In this document: positions 1 through 9,177 of the stretch, piece after piece | How positions within the stretch are numbered: position 1 is the stretch's first letter | How the letters are laid out: each line of letters starts with the position of its first letter | Source: Candidatus Omnitrophota bacterium | Lineage (GTDB): Bacteria; Omnitrophota; Gorgyraeia; Zapsychrales; Zapsychraceae | Length of the DNA: 64,000 nt | NCBI GenBank assembly: GCA_050250375.1 | Contig: JBFWOS010000001.1 | Location: 219,346-283,345 of the forward strand | Direction of reading: 5' to 3' | Position numbers and translations under genes: made by a program | The notes under the pieces: generated by a model | Databases searched by the model: none | What the model saw: the letters and a program-made list of their open reading frames with translations, nothing else | Told to the model about the DNA's origin: nothing

Positions 1-765
1 TTTGTTCTGTCTTTCATGTTGAAATCGACAGCAACAGCCGCGCTGAAACTGCCCAAAGCACCAAATTCACCCAACGGTCCTTCATCACCGACCGGACCAG
101 CTGCGCCGAATTCACCCAACGGCCCTTCATCTCCAAACGGACCGGCTTCACCGAATTCACCAACAGGACCTGGTACTCCTTCAGATCCGGCAGCTCCTAA
201 CGGACCGAATGCTCCTGGTGATCCGTCAGCACCGAATTCACCAAACGGACCAAACAGTCCTTCAGATCCATCAGCACCAAATTCACCAAACGGACCAAAC
301 AGTCCTTCAGATCCGTCAGCTCCAAATTCACCAACAGGACCGAACAGTCCTTCAGATCCGACAGCGCCTAACGGACCGAATGCACCCACAGGACCGAACA
401 GTCCTTCAGATCCGACAGCGCCTAACGGACCGAATGCACCAACAGGACCGAACAGTCCTTCAGATCCAACAGCACCAAATGGACCATCTGATCCGTCAGC
501 ACCGAATTCTCCAAACGGGCCAAACAGTCCTTCAGATCCGACAGCACCTAACGGACCGAATGCACCTGGCGATCCATCAGCTCCAAATTCACCAACAGGA
601 CCAAACGCTCCCGGAGATCCGTCAGCACCGAATTCACCGACTGGACCAAACGCTCCCGGAGATCCGTCAGCACCGAATTCTCCTAACGGACCGAATTCAC
701 CGACTGGACCAAACGCTCCTGATTCACCAAACGGACCGACACCTCCAGAATCACCAGACATCTAA
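1..765 (+). CDS. Pro/Asn/Ser/Gly-rich low-complexity repeat protein (likely C-terminal part, 5' end outside window)
   Basis: Frame open from base 1; tandem P-x-x tripeptides (PNS/PNG/PSD/PTG); followed by a terminator. Confidence 0.75.
   Translation, partial: FVLSFMLKSTATAALKLPKAPNSPNGPSSPTGPAAPNSPNGPSSPNGPASPNSPTGPGTPSDPAAPNGPNAPGDPSAPNSPNGPNSPSDPSAPNSPNGPNSPSDPSAPNSPTGPNSPSDPTAPNGPNAPTGPNSPSDPTAPNGPNAPTGPNSPSDPTAPNGPSDPSAPNSPNGPNSPSDPTAPNGPNAPGDPSAPNSPTGPNAPGDPSAPNSPTGPNAPGDPSAPNSPNGPNSPTGPNAPDSPNGPTPPESPDI
52..750 (+). repeat. Coding tandem repeat of 9-bp-based units
   Basis: Recurring ccgaattca/ccaaacgga/ccttcagat units with synonymous third-position variation. Confidence 0.9.
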
Positions 766-820
766 TGATCGGATGATCCGGCATTCCGGATCAGCTTGAA
801 GATCATTGATCATAAATAAA

Positions 821-853
821 AAGGGCCGGATATGATTAACATATCCGGCCCTT
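821..853. terminator. Bidirectional intrinsic terminator
   Basis: aagggccggatatg-attaa-catatccggccctt between convergent genes. Confidence 0.85.
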
Positions 854-879
854 CTTCTTTGTACTCTCTAATTTATTTC

Positions 880-2235
880 TTAAAAATAATAAGTGAATTT
901 AAGCGCGGAAAAGAACCGGTTGTTTTCCTGGAAGGAATGGTTTGAATTGTTATCGTTGTAAGAAACACTGAAATTCAAATAGGCCTTATCGTTCTTAAAA
1001 AACCGTTTCAGGGAATAAGCCAGGTTCAAATAATACTTATGACCGTTATCTTTGCGGGCTGACCCGAAGGCCGGATCCGTATCGTCATAATAAAACAGCT
1101 GAAGGTTATACCCTACGGCCGCCGTCAGGTGCGTTGTAATCGTCCGGTTGATGCTGGCCCCCAAAAACACGTTGTTGTACGTAAACCGGTCGTTGTCCGC
1201 GTTATTATAAGTGAAGAAAATGCTGTTGATCAGGGCCGTCCGGTCATTGATCTTGTACGACGCGCTGCTCCCCAGCGAAAACCCGTTGGAATCCCGCGGG
1301 TTATCCTTATAAAAATTCTGGGCGTACCAGCCGACGCTCGGCCAGACATTCACCCGTTCATTCACCCTGACCGCTCCCGAAAGGTTGAGACCGCTGCTGA
1401 TCTGGTAACTGGACTCGTCCAGGGTCTGGTAATTCACAAACGGGCTTAAGGTCACGCTCTTGCCGTTAAAGACCTTCTGATACCCCAGCGAAGTCGATAA
1501 AATCGTGCTGTCGAATTCATCTTCCGAAAAATAAGTCGTGTTATAAGCCCCCGCGTTCAGGAAGACGTTGGTCCCCGGGTCCAGGGCCTTTTTAAGCGCG
1601 GTCGTCACGCTGTTGTAAAAATAGAAATCGTCGCGGGGTTTGTCATCCGAACTGAGCGTGTAGTTGACGACCCCGTACAGCAGATGGATCGTGTCCTGAG
1701 GACCTGAGTTGACATTGTCGTCGTAACCGATCCCGGTGGAGACAGTGAAGTTGTTTTTTAACTGGCCCGGTGTTTTCAGGATCATGGCCCGGACTTTTTC
1801 CCGTTCCGCCTCATTGTCCCCCACCCTTTTCAGGGCGGCCTTGTAATTTTTCAGGGCCTCGGCATACTGCCCCTGCTGAAGGTAAACCGTGCCCGCGTCC
1901 AGAAGCGGGTGATGGTCGGCCGGGCTGATATCCGCGACCTTCTTATAATAGAGAACGGCCTTCCCTAATTCTTTAAGCTGATAGTTGCAATTGCCCAGAA
2001 AATAATACGCCTCTTTGAGGTCGTCCGGGTTCAGCGTCTCCATTTCGGGAGACTGCGCGGCCGCTTCGAGCTGACGGCAGGATTCAGCCGGGTCCTGCCG
2101 GTAAAGGCTGTACATATTCCTTAATTTCGTTTTGAACGATTCATGATTGCCTTCATCGGCAAACAGATTGGCGTTGGTGTTGATCGTAAGAAAAGCGGTG
2201 AACAGGGAAAGAACGATGAGATTGTTTTTTTTCAT
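880..2235 (-). CDS. TPR + outer-membrane beta-barrel protein (SLAM/DUF560-like)
   Basis: Signal peptide, TPR helices, GYDDNVN motif, alternating beta strands, C-terminal YYF. Confidence 0.7.
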   Translation of the reverse strand: MKKNNLIVLSLFTAFLTINTNANLFADEGNHESFKTKLRNMYSLYRQDPAESCRQLEAAAQSPEMETLNPDDLKEAYYFLGNCNYQLKELGKAVLYYKKVADISPADHHPLLDAGTVYLQQGQYAEALKNYKAALKRVGDNEAEREKVRAMILKTPGQLKNNFTVSTGIGYDDNVNSGPQDTIHLLYGVVNYTLSSDDKPRDDFYFYNSVTTALKKALDPGTNVFLNAGAYNTTYFSEDEFDSTILSTSLGYQKVFNGKSVTLSPFVNYQTLDESSYQISSGLNLSGAVRVNERVNVWPSVGWYAQNFYKDNPRDSNGFSLGSSASYKINDRTALINSIFFTYNNADNDRFTYNNVFLGASINRTITTHLTAAVGYNLQLFYYDDTDPAFGSARKDNGHKYYLNLAYSLKRFFKNDKAYLNFSVSYNDNNSNHSFQENNRFFSALKFTYYF

Positions 2236-2320
2236 AAAAATTTCCGTGAATGGTTAATTTTAATAATCAGTTATGGCATTAACGGAAACTTTTGTCAATC
2301 AAAAAATCCCGGACAGCGTC

Positions 2321-3277
2321 CTATTTTGACGGCAGCTCCAGATACCGGGCGGTCACATCCTCGGCATAAATGTCATCGACCTGAAGGTTCCAGACGGCGG
2401 GATATAAAACAGCGGTGCGCCGGAAACTCACGGCGTAAATCCGGTGCGCGGGATGCGACGGGTCGGTGTGCGCCGCCTTCTCATTAAACCAGGCCTCGTT
2501 GTACCCTCCGGCCTCGGCCGCTCCCAGATGATACCATTGTCCGTGATCCCACACCTCGATCCAGGTATGGTTTCCGCTTTTGTCGGCCCAGATCGGTATC
2601 CCGGCGATCCGCACGGGTATTCCTGCCGAACGCAGAACGTCCGCCGCCAGGATGGAAAGCCCGGTGCACGACGCGTAACCAAGCGTAATACTCTCGTAAG
2701 GGCTTTGATCCGGTTTATGCCGTTTGGTCGCGTGGTATTCGACGCCGAGAACCTCAAACGCTTTTGTGTTCAGATAAACCGCGGCCTTGTTGATGCTGCC
2801 CTGTTCTTTGGCCAGCGGGAGAAAACGCGCGGTAAAATCCCCGCGCCAGTTGTCGCGCCGTTCATTGACGTTCACGTACGGCAGGACATAATTCAAAAAA
2901 ACATCTTTCGGGATGTCTTTGCCCCAGGGCACTTCATCCCGGGACTGATAGGCCAGACGGACATTGTTAATCAAAAATTCCGAAGAGAGTGTTTCCAAAT
3001 CACGCGCCGGCATATAACGGACTAAAAAGGCCATGGCCTCCCGGCGCTCTCCGTCAAAATAACTGAGGGCCTTGACCAGTTCCCCGGCATTCTTTTTGGC
3101 GCGGTGAAGGGCGAGTTCAACATCCAGCTGATATTCCCTGGGAAGGGCATCGACAATCGCATTGATCTGTCCGATAACCGCCTGAGGCTGATGATAAGGA
3201 CTGGAATAATGCGGCGCGCATCCGGCCAGGAGGATGAAGATTACGAGATTAAAGATTATTCTGGGAGGCATAGGCAT
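2321..3277 (-). CDS. Transglutaminase-like lipoprotein
   Basis: Lipobox LAGC; ASCTGLS, NHTWIEVWD catalytic motifs. Confidence 0.8.
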   Translation of the reverse strand: MPMPPRIIFNLVIFILLAGCAPHYSSPYHQPQAVIGQINAIVDALPREYQLDVELALHRAKKNAGELVKALSYFDGERREAMAFLVRYMPARDLETLSSEFLINNVRLAYQSRDEVPWGKDIPKDVFLNYVLPYVNVNERRDNWRGDFTARFLPLAKEQGSINKAAVYLNTKAFEVLGVEYHATKRHKPDQSPYESITLGYASCTGLSILAADVLRSAGIPVRIAGIPIWADKSGNHTWIEVWDHGQWYHLGAAEAGGYNEAWFNEKAAHTDPSHPAHRIYAVSFRRTAVLYPAVWNLQVDDIYAEDVTARYLELPSK

Positions 3278-3345
3278 TAAAATTCTTTTATAAAAAAAAG
3301 CGATAAAAAAATTTTAACATAATTGAAGGGAAACGAAATAAAAAA

Positions 3346-3840
3346 CTACCGCTTTTTCTGGTCCTTCCTGACTTTCGATTCCAGCTCAAGGATCTTGGCG
3401 TTCAATTCCTCGATCTTTTTGTGTTTGGTAATATCTTTGATGGACAGGATGATCAGCTTGGTGCGGTTTTCTTTCATATAGATCCGACGGGCATTGAGCA
3501 GTTTGACGCATTTACCGACACCGGGGAAATCATGTTCCACTTCAAAATGATCAAAACTGGTCGTCTTGGGGAGGATTTCCTCCAGCAGGACCCGCAGTTC
3601 CGGAATGTCCCACTGGCCATCTCCCAGGTCATAAATATATTCCCCTTCCGTATTCTCGGATTGGACGCCGAAAGTCGAATAAAACGAATCATTGGCCATC
3701 GCCACCTTTAAATCTTCATAAAGAATAATTAACGGCTCATGAACGGTGTTGATGATGCCTTCGGTGTATTCGAGGGCGTCCTGGATATTCAGCTCACTCA
3801 GTTTCTTTTTCGGCCCATGACTGTCTTTCGGTTTTTTCAC
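3346..3840 (-). CDS. Standalone PAS-domain protein
   Basis: IINTVHEPLIIL...ANDSFY...LGDGQWDIPELR...LLNARR, typical PAS_4. Confidence 0.8.
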   Translation of the reverse strand: MKKPKDSHGPKKKLSELNIQDALEYTEGIINTVHEPLIILYEDLKVAMANDSFYSTFGVQSENTEGEYIYDLGDGQWDIPELRVLLEEILPKTTSFDHFEVEHDFPGVGKCVKLLNARRIYMKENRTKLIILSIKDITKHKKIEELNAKILELESKVRKDQKKR

Positions 3841-3885
3841 GGATAATTCCCTTTTCGTTTTACGAATCCAATACCTTTTGGTTCA

Positions 3886-4098
3886 TTATGGAAGATTCCT
3901 GAGATTAACGGCCCGGACCCCATGGCCCACATAAATATCAAAATTAAACTGGTCGCCTTTATTCACTGAACGGTTACCGGTGGTAATATCGTTGGTATAA
4001 AAACAATACTCCGCTCTGAGCTCATCACAAAGGTATCCGTATCCTCTCGTCGGGTAAAATTCTGTCACGGTTCCTTTTAAATTCAGCCTGTTTTCCAT
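3886..4098 (-). CDS. Cold-shock-domain-like protein
   Basis: GTVTEFYPTRGYGYL...RAVNL; start at MENRL after GGAGG. Confidence 0.65.
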   Translation of the reverse strand: MENRLNLKGTVTEFYPTRGYGYLCDELRAEYCFYTNDITTGNRSVNKGDQFNFDIYVGHGVRAVNLRNLP

Positions 4099-4151
4099 AG
4101 CCCCTCCGATACATTCAAAAGGTTTTAAATTCTCAATTTTACTAAGAGAAT

Positions 4152-4298
4152 TTATCGCTGGCTTTCCCGGTAATGGACATGACAAAACTCTTCGGCGTTA
4201 TAAATGCTCAGCTTCTGCTTGCAGCCGGTTTTTTTACACACCCTTCCCGCCTTGGATTTCTTGACCGGACCGTTTTTTCTTGTCTTTTTGGGGTACAT
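4152..4298 (-). CDS. 48-aa basic CCCH zinc-finger-like small protein (paralog A; absent from ORF track)
   Basis: Manual translation MYPKKTRKNGPVKKSKAGRVCKKTGCKQKLSIYNAEEFCHVHYRESQR*; conserved with 4573-4719. Confidence 0.75.
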   Translation of the reverse strand: MYPKKTRKNGPVKKSKAGRVCKKTGCKQKLSIYNAEEFCHVHYRESQR

Positions 4299-4300
4299 GC

Positions 4301-4522
4301 CTAATTCTTATGCCGGAAGGTTATCCGCCCTTTTCCCAAATCATACGGGGACAAAAACACGGTCACCTTGTCTCCGGGCAAGATCTTGATGGAGAACTTG
4401 CGCATCTTCCCGGCGATGTAAGCGACCACCATAAACCCGTTCTCCGTCTCCACGCTGAATTTCGCGTTGGATAACGCTTTTTTAACCACTCCCTGGACTT
4501 CAACTGCTTCTTCTTTCGACAT
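4301..4522 (-). CDS. infA: Translation initiation factor IF-1
   Basis: [13 protein letters not shown]...[35 protein letters not shown]. Confidence 0.95.
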   Translation of the reverse strand: MSKEEAVEVQGVVKKALSNAKFSVETENGFMVVAYIAGKMRKFSIKILPGDKVTVFLSPYDLGKGRITFRHKN

Positions 4523-4572
4523 ACTCCCTGCTTTCCTTTTATCCGCCCACAAATTGACCAGATATTATTCGT

Positions 4573-4719
4573 CTAACTTAAAAACTCCTTAACATGAACG
4601 TTGCAATATAATTCCGAGTTATAGATGCTCAAACGCTGTTTGCAACCGAATTTTTTGCAGACCCTTCCTGTCTTAAACCGCTGAACCGGACCTCTCTTCT
4701 TTGTTTTTCGAGAATGCAT
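4573..4719 (-). CDS. 48-aa basic CCCH zinc-finger-like small protein (paralog B; absent from ORF track)
   Basis: Manual translation MHSRKTKKRGPVQRFKTGRVCKKFGCKQRLSIYNSELYCNVHVKEFLS*. Confidence 0.75.
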   Translation of the reverse strand: MHSRKTKKRGPVQRFKTGRVCKKFGCKQRLSIYNSELYCNVHVKEFLS

Positions 4720-4767
4720 GCGTGGCCTTGTGTTTTACAAAAGCCCGGACGCCTATGTTCGGCGCCG

Positions 4768-5826
4768 TTACTTTTGTGTTGTTTTTCCGTTTTTTCGGTT
4801 TGAAATTCTTCTTAAGAATGCCGATGATTTGAGCCATTCACTCACCGGACGGGCCGGGTGCCCGCCGTAGACGGCCCGTTCAGGGACATGTCCGGTAACG
4901 CCCGACATCCCCCCGATCTGCGCCCCCTGTCCGACCACCACATTCGGGGCCACATTGACGGCCCCGCCCAGCACAACATAATCTCCAAGTGTCACGCTGC
5001 CGGCCAGCCCTGACTGTCCGCAGATAATCACGCCTTTTCCCAAAATACAATTGTGGGCGATATGGACCTGGTTATCAATTTTCGACCCCTTCCCGATGAT
5101 CGTCGGTGAAAAAGTCCCCTGGGCGACAGAACTGGTGGACCCGATCTCAACGGAATCCCCGATGGAGACCCCGCCGAAATGCCAAACCTTGTGATGCACG
5201 CCCTGGTCATAATTGTAACCGAACCCGTCCGACCCGATGGTGGTGTTGCCGTGAATGATGCAGTCTTGCCCGATCGATACGTTGCGGTATAGAACAACGT
5301 TGGGGAATAACACTGTATTTTTCCCGATCCTGGAATTCGACAGGATGACGCATCCCGCGTGGACGATCACATGTTCCGCGATTTCCACACCTTCGGCGAT
5401 AAAAACGTCCGGCGCGATTGAACTGGAAGGATGCACCCTGGCTGTCCCGGTTGTCCTCCCGTCGGTGAAATCGTCCCACTTCGTTTTGAGCTCATCAAAA
5501 AATAATTTGGAATAACGCGAAATCGCCAGGTCGACCGACCGGACCGTGGCGTAAAACCTGAATTTCTTCAGGTGCGCCGATACCTCGGAGGTATTGAGGC
5601 CCTTTAAAAACTCTTCGGGAAAAATGATGCCGATGTTCTTAATGACATCGGCATCCGTATGGATATCCTGTAATTTCTGATAATACTTTTTATTCTTGAT
5701 AAAAACAACACCGTTCTCCATGAGACAGTCAAGAGAACACAGCGTGGAGATGTCTCCCGTTATGTCACCGGATGACCGGATTTGAAAACTGGGATCTGTT
5801 GCTTTAAATTGATTCAGTGTAACCAA
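4768..5826 (-). CDS. lpxD: UDP-3-O-acylglucosamine N-acyltransferase
   Basis: Hexapeptide repeats, IGSDGFGY, KIDNQVHIAHNC. Confidence 0.9.
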   Translation of the reverse strand: MVTLNQFKATDPSFQIRSSGDITGDISTLCSLDCLMENGVVFIKNKKYYQKLQDIHTDADVIKNIGIIFPEEFLKGLNTSEVSAHLKKFRFYATVRSVDLAISRYSKLFFDELKTKWDDFTDGRTTGTARVHPSSSIAPDVFIAEGVEIAEHVIVHAGCVILSNSRIGKNTVLFPNVVLYRNVSIGQDCIIHGNTTIGSDGFGYNYDQGVHHKVWHFGGVSIGDSVEIGSTSSVAQGTFSPTIIGKGSKIDNQVHIAHNCILGKGVIICGQSGLAGSVTLGDYVVLGGAVNVAPNVVVGQGAQIGGMSGVTGHVPERAVYGGHPARPVSEWLKSSAFLRRISNRKNGKTTQK

Positions 5827-5895
5827 ATTTGCCCTTTTGTTCAGTTAGATCTTGGTTTACCGTTTTATCCCCTGCCGCTGGAATCGGGACAATGA

Positions 5896-6207
5896 TTAAT
5901 ATTTCCAACCGTTGCGGTATGTTGTTCGTTCACGGTCGTCTTCTTTATTCCGGGTGCTTGTGGCGTAAGGGACCATCGGTTTGGCTTCGTTGATGGTGAT
6001 CCGTTTTCCTTTGATTTCCTTAATCCCGTCCATGGCGGCCATGGCCTCAACTTTATTCGGCATTTCCACAAAACCGTACCCCTTGGAATCGCCGGAAAAC
6101 TTGTCTTTGATAATTCTGGCGGTCTCCACCTGGCCGAACGCCGTGAACACAGATTTTAATTCTTCCTCGTTTATATCATATGAAAAATTTCCGACATAAA
6201 TATTCAT
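5896..6207 (-). CDS. RRM RNA-binding protein
   Basis: RNP2 IYVGNF, RNP1 KGYGFVEM. Confidence 0.95.
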   Translation of the reverse strand: MNIYVGNFSYDINEEELKSVFTAFGQVETARIIKDKFSGDSKGYGFVEMPNKVEAMAAMDGIKEIKGKRITINEAKPMVPYATSTRNKEDDRERTTYRNGWKY

Positions 6208-6231
6208 GCACCCTGCTCCTTAACGGTTTAT

Positions 6232-6450
6232 TTACTCTTTTTCCGTATTTTTTTCTTTAACTTTTTTTATAATTCTTGAATTCTCATCAAATTGAACCTT
6301 CCCCTGGGCAATTTCTTCAAGGGCAATGCTGGTAAGATTTCTTGTCGGGGTGTGCTGAACAAGCGCGGGACTCCCCGAGGCCAATTCTAAGGCCCTGACC
6401 ATAGCCATACGGGTCAGGCGGAATATACTCCCTCCTGATTTTTCCAGCAA
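6232..6450 (-). CDS. rpoZ: RNA polymerase omega subunit-like (start uncertain, possibly ATC at 6507)
   Basis: SIFRLTRMAMVRALEL...SIALEEIAQGKV. Confidence 0.7.
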   Translation of the reverse strand: MLEKSGGSIFRLTRMAMVRALELASGSPALVQHTPTRNLTSIALEEIAQGKVQFDENSRIIKKVKEKNTEKE

Positions 6451-6596
6451 TTCATCGGAACAATAATATCCGTCGGTTTTCTTTTCTAGGTTGATTTTCT
6501 TTACGATTGGAGCCTCCCGTTTTTTTCCTCATTTCCCTAATTGAAAATGACGAGGACCGCCTTCGGTGAATTCACCGTCTTTACCGGCGGCCTGTT

Positions 6597-6806
6597 TTAT
6601 CCTAAGATTATTCTTAGATTGACGACCCAGTCTCTGTTGCGGTTATTTTCGATTTCAAACTCAACATCCTGCCCTTCTTTTAATTCCTCGCCCGCTCTCA
6701 GGAAGATATAATTCGCGTAAATGTTATGCTGCTGTTTGCTTTCCTGGTCAATGACCACTCCGCATCCGCGGTTCGGGTCATACTCCTTGACTTTACCTTT
6801 TTTCAT
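6597..6806 (-). CDS. Cold-shock-domain protein
   Basis: KGKVKEYDPNRGCG...LKEGQDVEFEI. Confidence 0.8.
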   Translation of the reverse strand: MKKGKVKEYDPNRGCGVVIDQESKQQHNIYANYIFLRAGEELKEGQDVEFEIENNRNRDWVVNLRIILG

Positions 6807-6830
6807 TCAGACTCCCATGATACCGGGTCA

Positions 6831-7049
6831 TTAAATATTTTCTGCGCCGACACAGGGACGGATATGAAACGCCAGGAACCCGTGATAAGCGGATTGCATC
6901 TCAAATTCGACCTCCAGCCCTTCTCCCAGCGATTCAAACGGCGTGTCCCACAAACAATCCTTGTGAAAATGGGCTTCTTTACCGTCGCTGGTTTTGATCT
7001 TTCCATATTGTTCGTCCTGGAACAATTTCGAAATACGGCCTGTATGCAT
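6831..7049 (-). CDS. Cold-shock-domain protein
   Basis: GRISKLF...YGKI...HFH...LGEGLEVEFE. Confidence 0.75.
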   Translation of the reverse strand: MHTGRISKLFQDEQYGKIKTSDGKEAHFHKDCLWDTPFESLGEGLEVEFEMQSAYHGFLAFHIRPCVGAENI

Positions 7050-7113
7050 TTTTCAACTCCGTTCGGTTGATTGATTAAACATCACCTGGAATTTTCGGAA
7101 AGACTTTCGTTTG

Positions 7114-8148
7114 TTAGACGTGCTTTAATTTATTGAGATACCCGAACCCGACCAATTTCTTATTCTGCTCATCCCACAGCCGGAAGGTCAAAGATTTAAG
7201 ACTGGTTAAAAACGTGATCGCCTTGATTTCCTGGAACATCGGGTTTTCCTTGTAACAGCGTTCGAGAAAATAATTGGGGATGCGCGGAGACAAATGGTGG
7301 ATATGATGGAACCCGATATTCCCGGTGAACCACTGCAGGATCCTCGGCAATTTTAAATACGAACTGCCCTGCATCGCCTCGTCGACATAATCCCATTCTT
7401 CGTGCCGTTCCCAATAGACCCCTTCAAATTGATGCTGAACGTAAAACAGCCAGACCCCGGCTGAACCGGCGACCATGATAATTGGAAGTTGAATCAGAAG
7501 GTAGGCTTTTAACCCGATAAAAAAGCTGATGGTTGAGGCCAAGAGTAATATCCCCAAATTGGTCAGATGGACACTTTTAATCCCCCGCTTTCCGGCGTGA
7601 CTGTAGGGCAGGCGGTGGACAATCAAAAAGAGGATCGTCGGCCCGATGATAAAAAGACAGATCGGGTTACGGGCAAAGCGGTATTTAATCCGCGTCCAGC
7701 GGGGGGCTTTTAAATATTCTTCAACGGTCATGGTCCACACATCCCCCCATCCCCGTTCATCCAGGTCGCCCGCGTGGGAATGATGCACCGCGTGGGAGTG
7801 CCACCAATAATGATAAGGCGTAAAGGTGAGGATGCCGGTGATAACGCCCCAAAAACGGTTCGCTGCCCTGGATTTGAAAAAGGAGCCGTGACCGCAGTCA
7901 TGAAAGATAATAAAGACGCGCACCAGCAGTCCCGCCGCAAACAAACCCAAAAACAGGACCAGCCAATAGGAGACACTCAGGCATTTATACATCAGGACCC
8001 ACAGGATCACATACGGGATCAGCGTATTGCAGAGCTGTCCGATGCTCCGGCTGAGTTTGGGGTTCTGGTACTTGGCCACAATCTTTTGCCAGGACTTCTT
8101 GTATTGATCACTTCCCGACGAGATATCCATACCTGCGTTCCTTTTCAT
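7114..8148 (-). CDS. Membrane fatty acid desaturase (Bacillus Des-like)
   Basis: His boxes HDCGH, HAVHH, HHIHH. Confidence 0.92.
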   Translation of the reverse strand: MKRNAGMDISSGSDQYKKSWQKIVAKYQNPKLSRSIGQLCNTLIPYVILWVLMYKCLSVSYWLVLFLGLFAAGLLVRVFIIFHDCGHGSFFKSRAANRFWGVITGILTFTPYHYWWHSHAVHHSHAGDLDERGWGDVWTMTVEEYLKAPRWTRIKYRFARNPICLFIIGPTILFLIVHRLPYSHAGKRGIKSVHLTNLGILLLASTISFFIGLKAYLLIQLPIIMVAGSAGVWLFYVQHQFEGVYWERHEEWDYVDEAMQGSSYLKLPRILQWFTGNIGFHHIHHLSPRIPNYFLERCYKENPMFQEIKAITFLTSLKSLTFRLWDEQNKKLVGFGYLNKLKHV

Positions 8149-8342
8149 TTTGACTGGGCATAATTCTCACAACAAGCTTATTTCAAAAATAAGACCGCTA
8201 AATAGATGCATAAAATCGCAGACAGGTATATTAAGATAGGAAGGTCTGTTGTTGGAAAGATTTATCTATCTAATTGATCTGTTATAAGTATAACGTTAAA
8301 TATCTGAAAATACAAAGGTTAATTTAAAATAACTGCCCAAAA

Positions 8343-8415
8343 AAATAAGGGACGTACACCTTTTACCCCGTTTTTTACGCCATAAATTGGAGGACTAGGT
8401 CTACGTCCCTAATTT
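8343..8415. repeat. GGGAC...GTCCC inverted-repeat element
   Basis: aaataagggacgtacacc ... ggtctacgtccctaattt; related copy at 37531-37640. Confidence 0.75.
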
Positions 8416-8416
8416 A

Positions 8417-8998
8417 TTATTCGGTGGCGATGTAACCGATGACGCCGCAGCCGATGCGGGCCCCCGCGTTACCGGTTGGCTGGCCGAAATCATCTTCCTT
8501 TTCATGCAGGATCACCGCGCGTCCGGCGATGCCGTTCTCTCCGGAAAGCGTCACATGCGGAAGGAACAAAGACAAGGTCCCTTCACCCGTTTCCGCGATC
8601 TCGATATTCCCCATATCCCCCAGATGCGCGTTTTCTCCGTCATCTGGTTTAAAACCGTGCTGGACCCCGTGCGGATTAAAGTGTCCGCCGGCCCCGTTCC
8701 CTTTGTCCGCGCAGCTGCCGAACTGATGGACATGGAATCCGTGTTTGCCCGGCACATCCACACCGGAAACATTGGCCTCAACCATGACACCGTCGGCTTT
8801 CTGGATAAAGACAGCCTCCCCGAAAAGTTCCGACCCTTCCGCGGTTCCGGTGATCATGGCCCGGGCCATGACCGGCGCCGGCATTTCTTCATGATCATGC
8901 ATCATCTCGGCCTGCGCGTACACAGTCCAGGATACAATCATCACCAGCATTAATCTCACAAAATTCTTTTTCATCAATTCCTCCTTTGGATTAATCAA
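8417..8998 (-). CDS. sodC: Cu/Zn superoxide dismutase, exported
   Basis: HGFHVH, GGHFNP, HLGDMGN, GNAGARIGCGVI. Confidence 0.95.
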   Translation of the reverse strand: MINPKEELMKKNFVRLMLVMIVSWTVYAQAEMMHDHEEMPAPVMARAMITGTAEGSELFGEAVFIQKADGVMVEANVSGVDVPGKHGFHVHQFGSCADKGNGAGGHFNPHGVQHGFKPDDGENAHLGDMGNIEIAETGEGTLSLFLPHVTLSGENGIAGRAVILHEKEDDFGQPTGNAGARIGCGVIGYIATE

Positions 8999-9177
8999 AT
9001 AAAAGACCTCACAACCCCTTCAGTGTACCAAAGGAATCCAGGACAAGCAAGCGCCGGATGGCTTCAAATGGCATGACGCTCTGCCTGGGGGTTTAAAAAA
9101 GTACGGAACTTTTTGAAACCCTGCGTGTTTACCCCTACAATAGTTACACAAACGCACCATCAACTAAGGAGAAACAC

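Noticed and set aside
209-799. Q/H/R-rich ORF in an alternative frame
   Set aside because: Shadow of the Pro-repeat gene; third-position variation fits frame 1.
3886-4185. 99-aa version of the CSD ORF
   Set aside because: The extension overlaps the zinc-finger microprotein; the SD supports a start at 4098.
9105-9131. ECF-sigma promoter GGAACT...gttta
   Set aside because: Plausible, but too short and degenerate to support without the cognate sigma factor.
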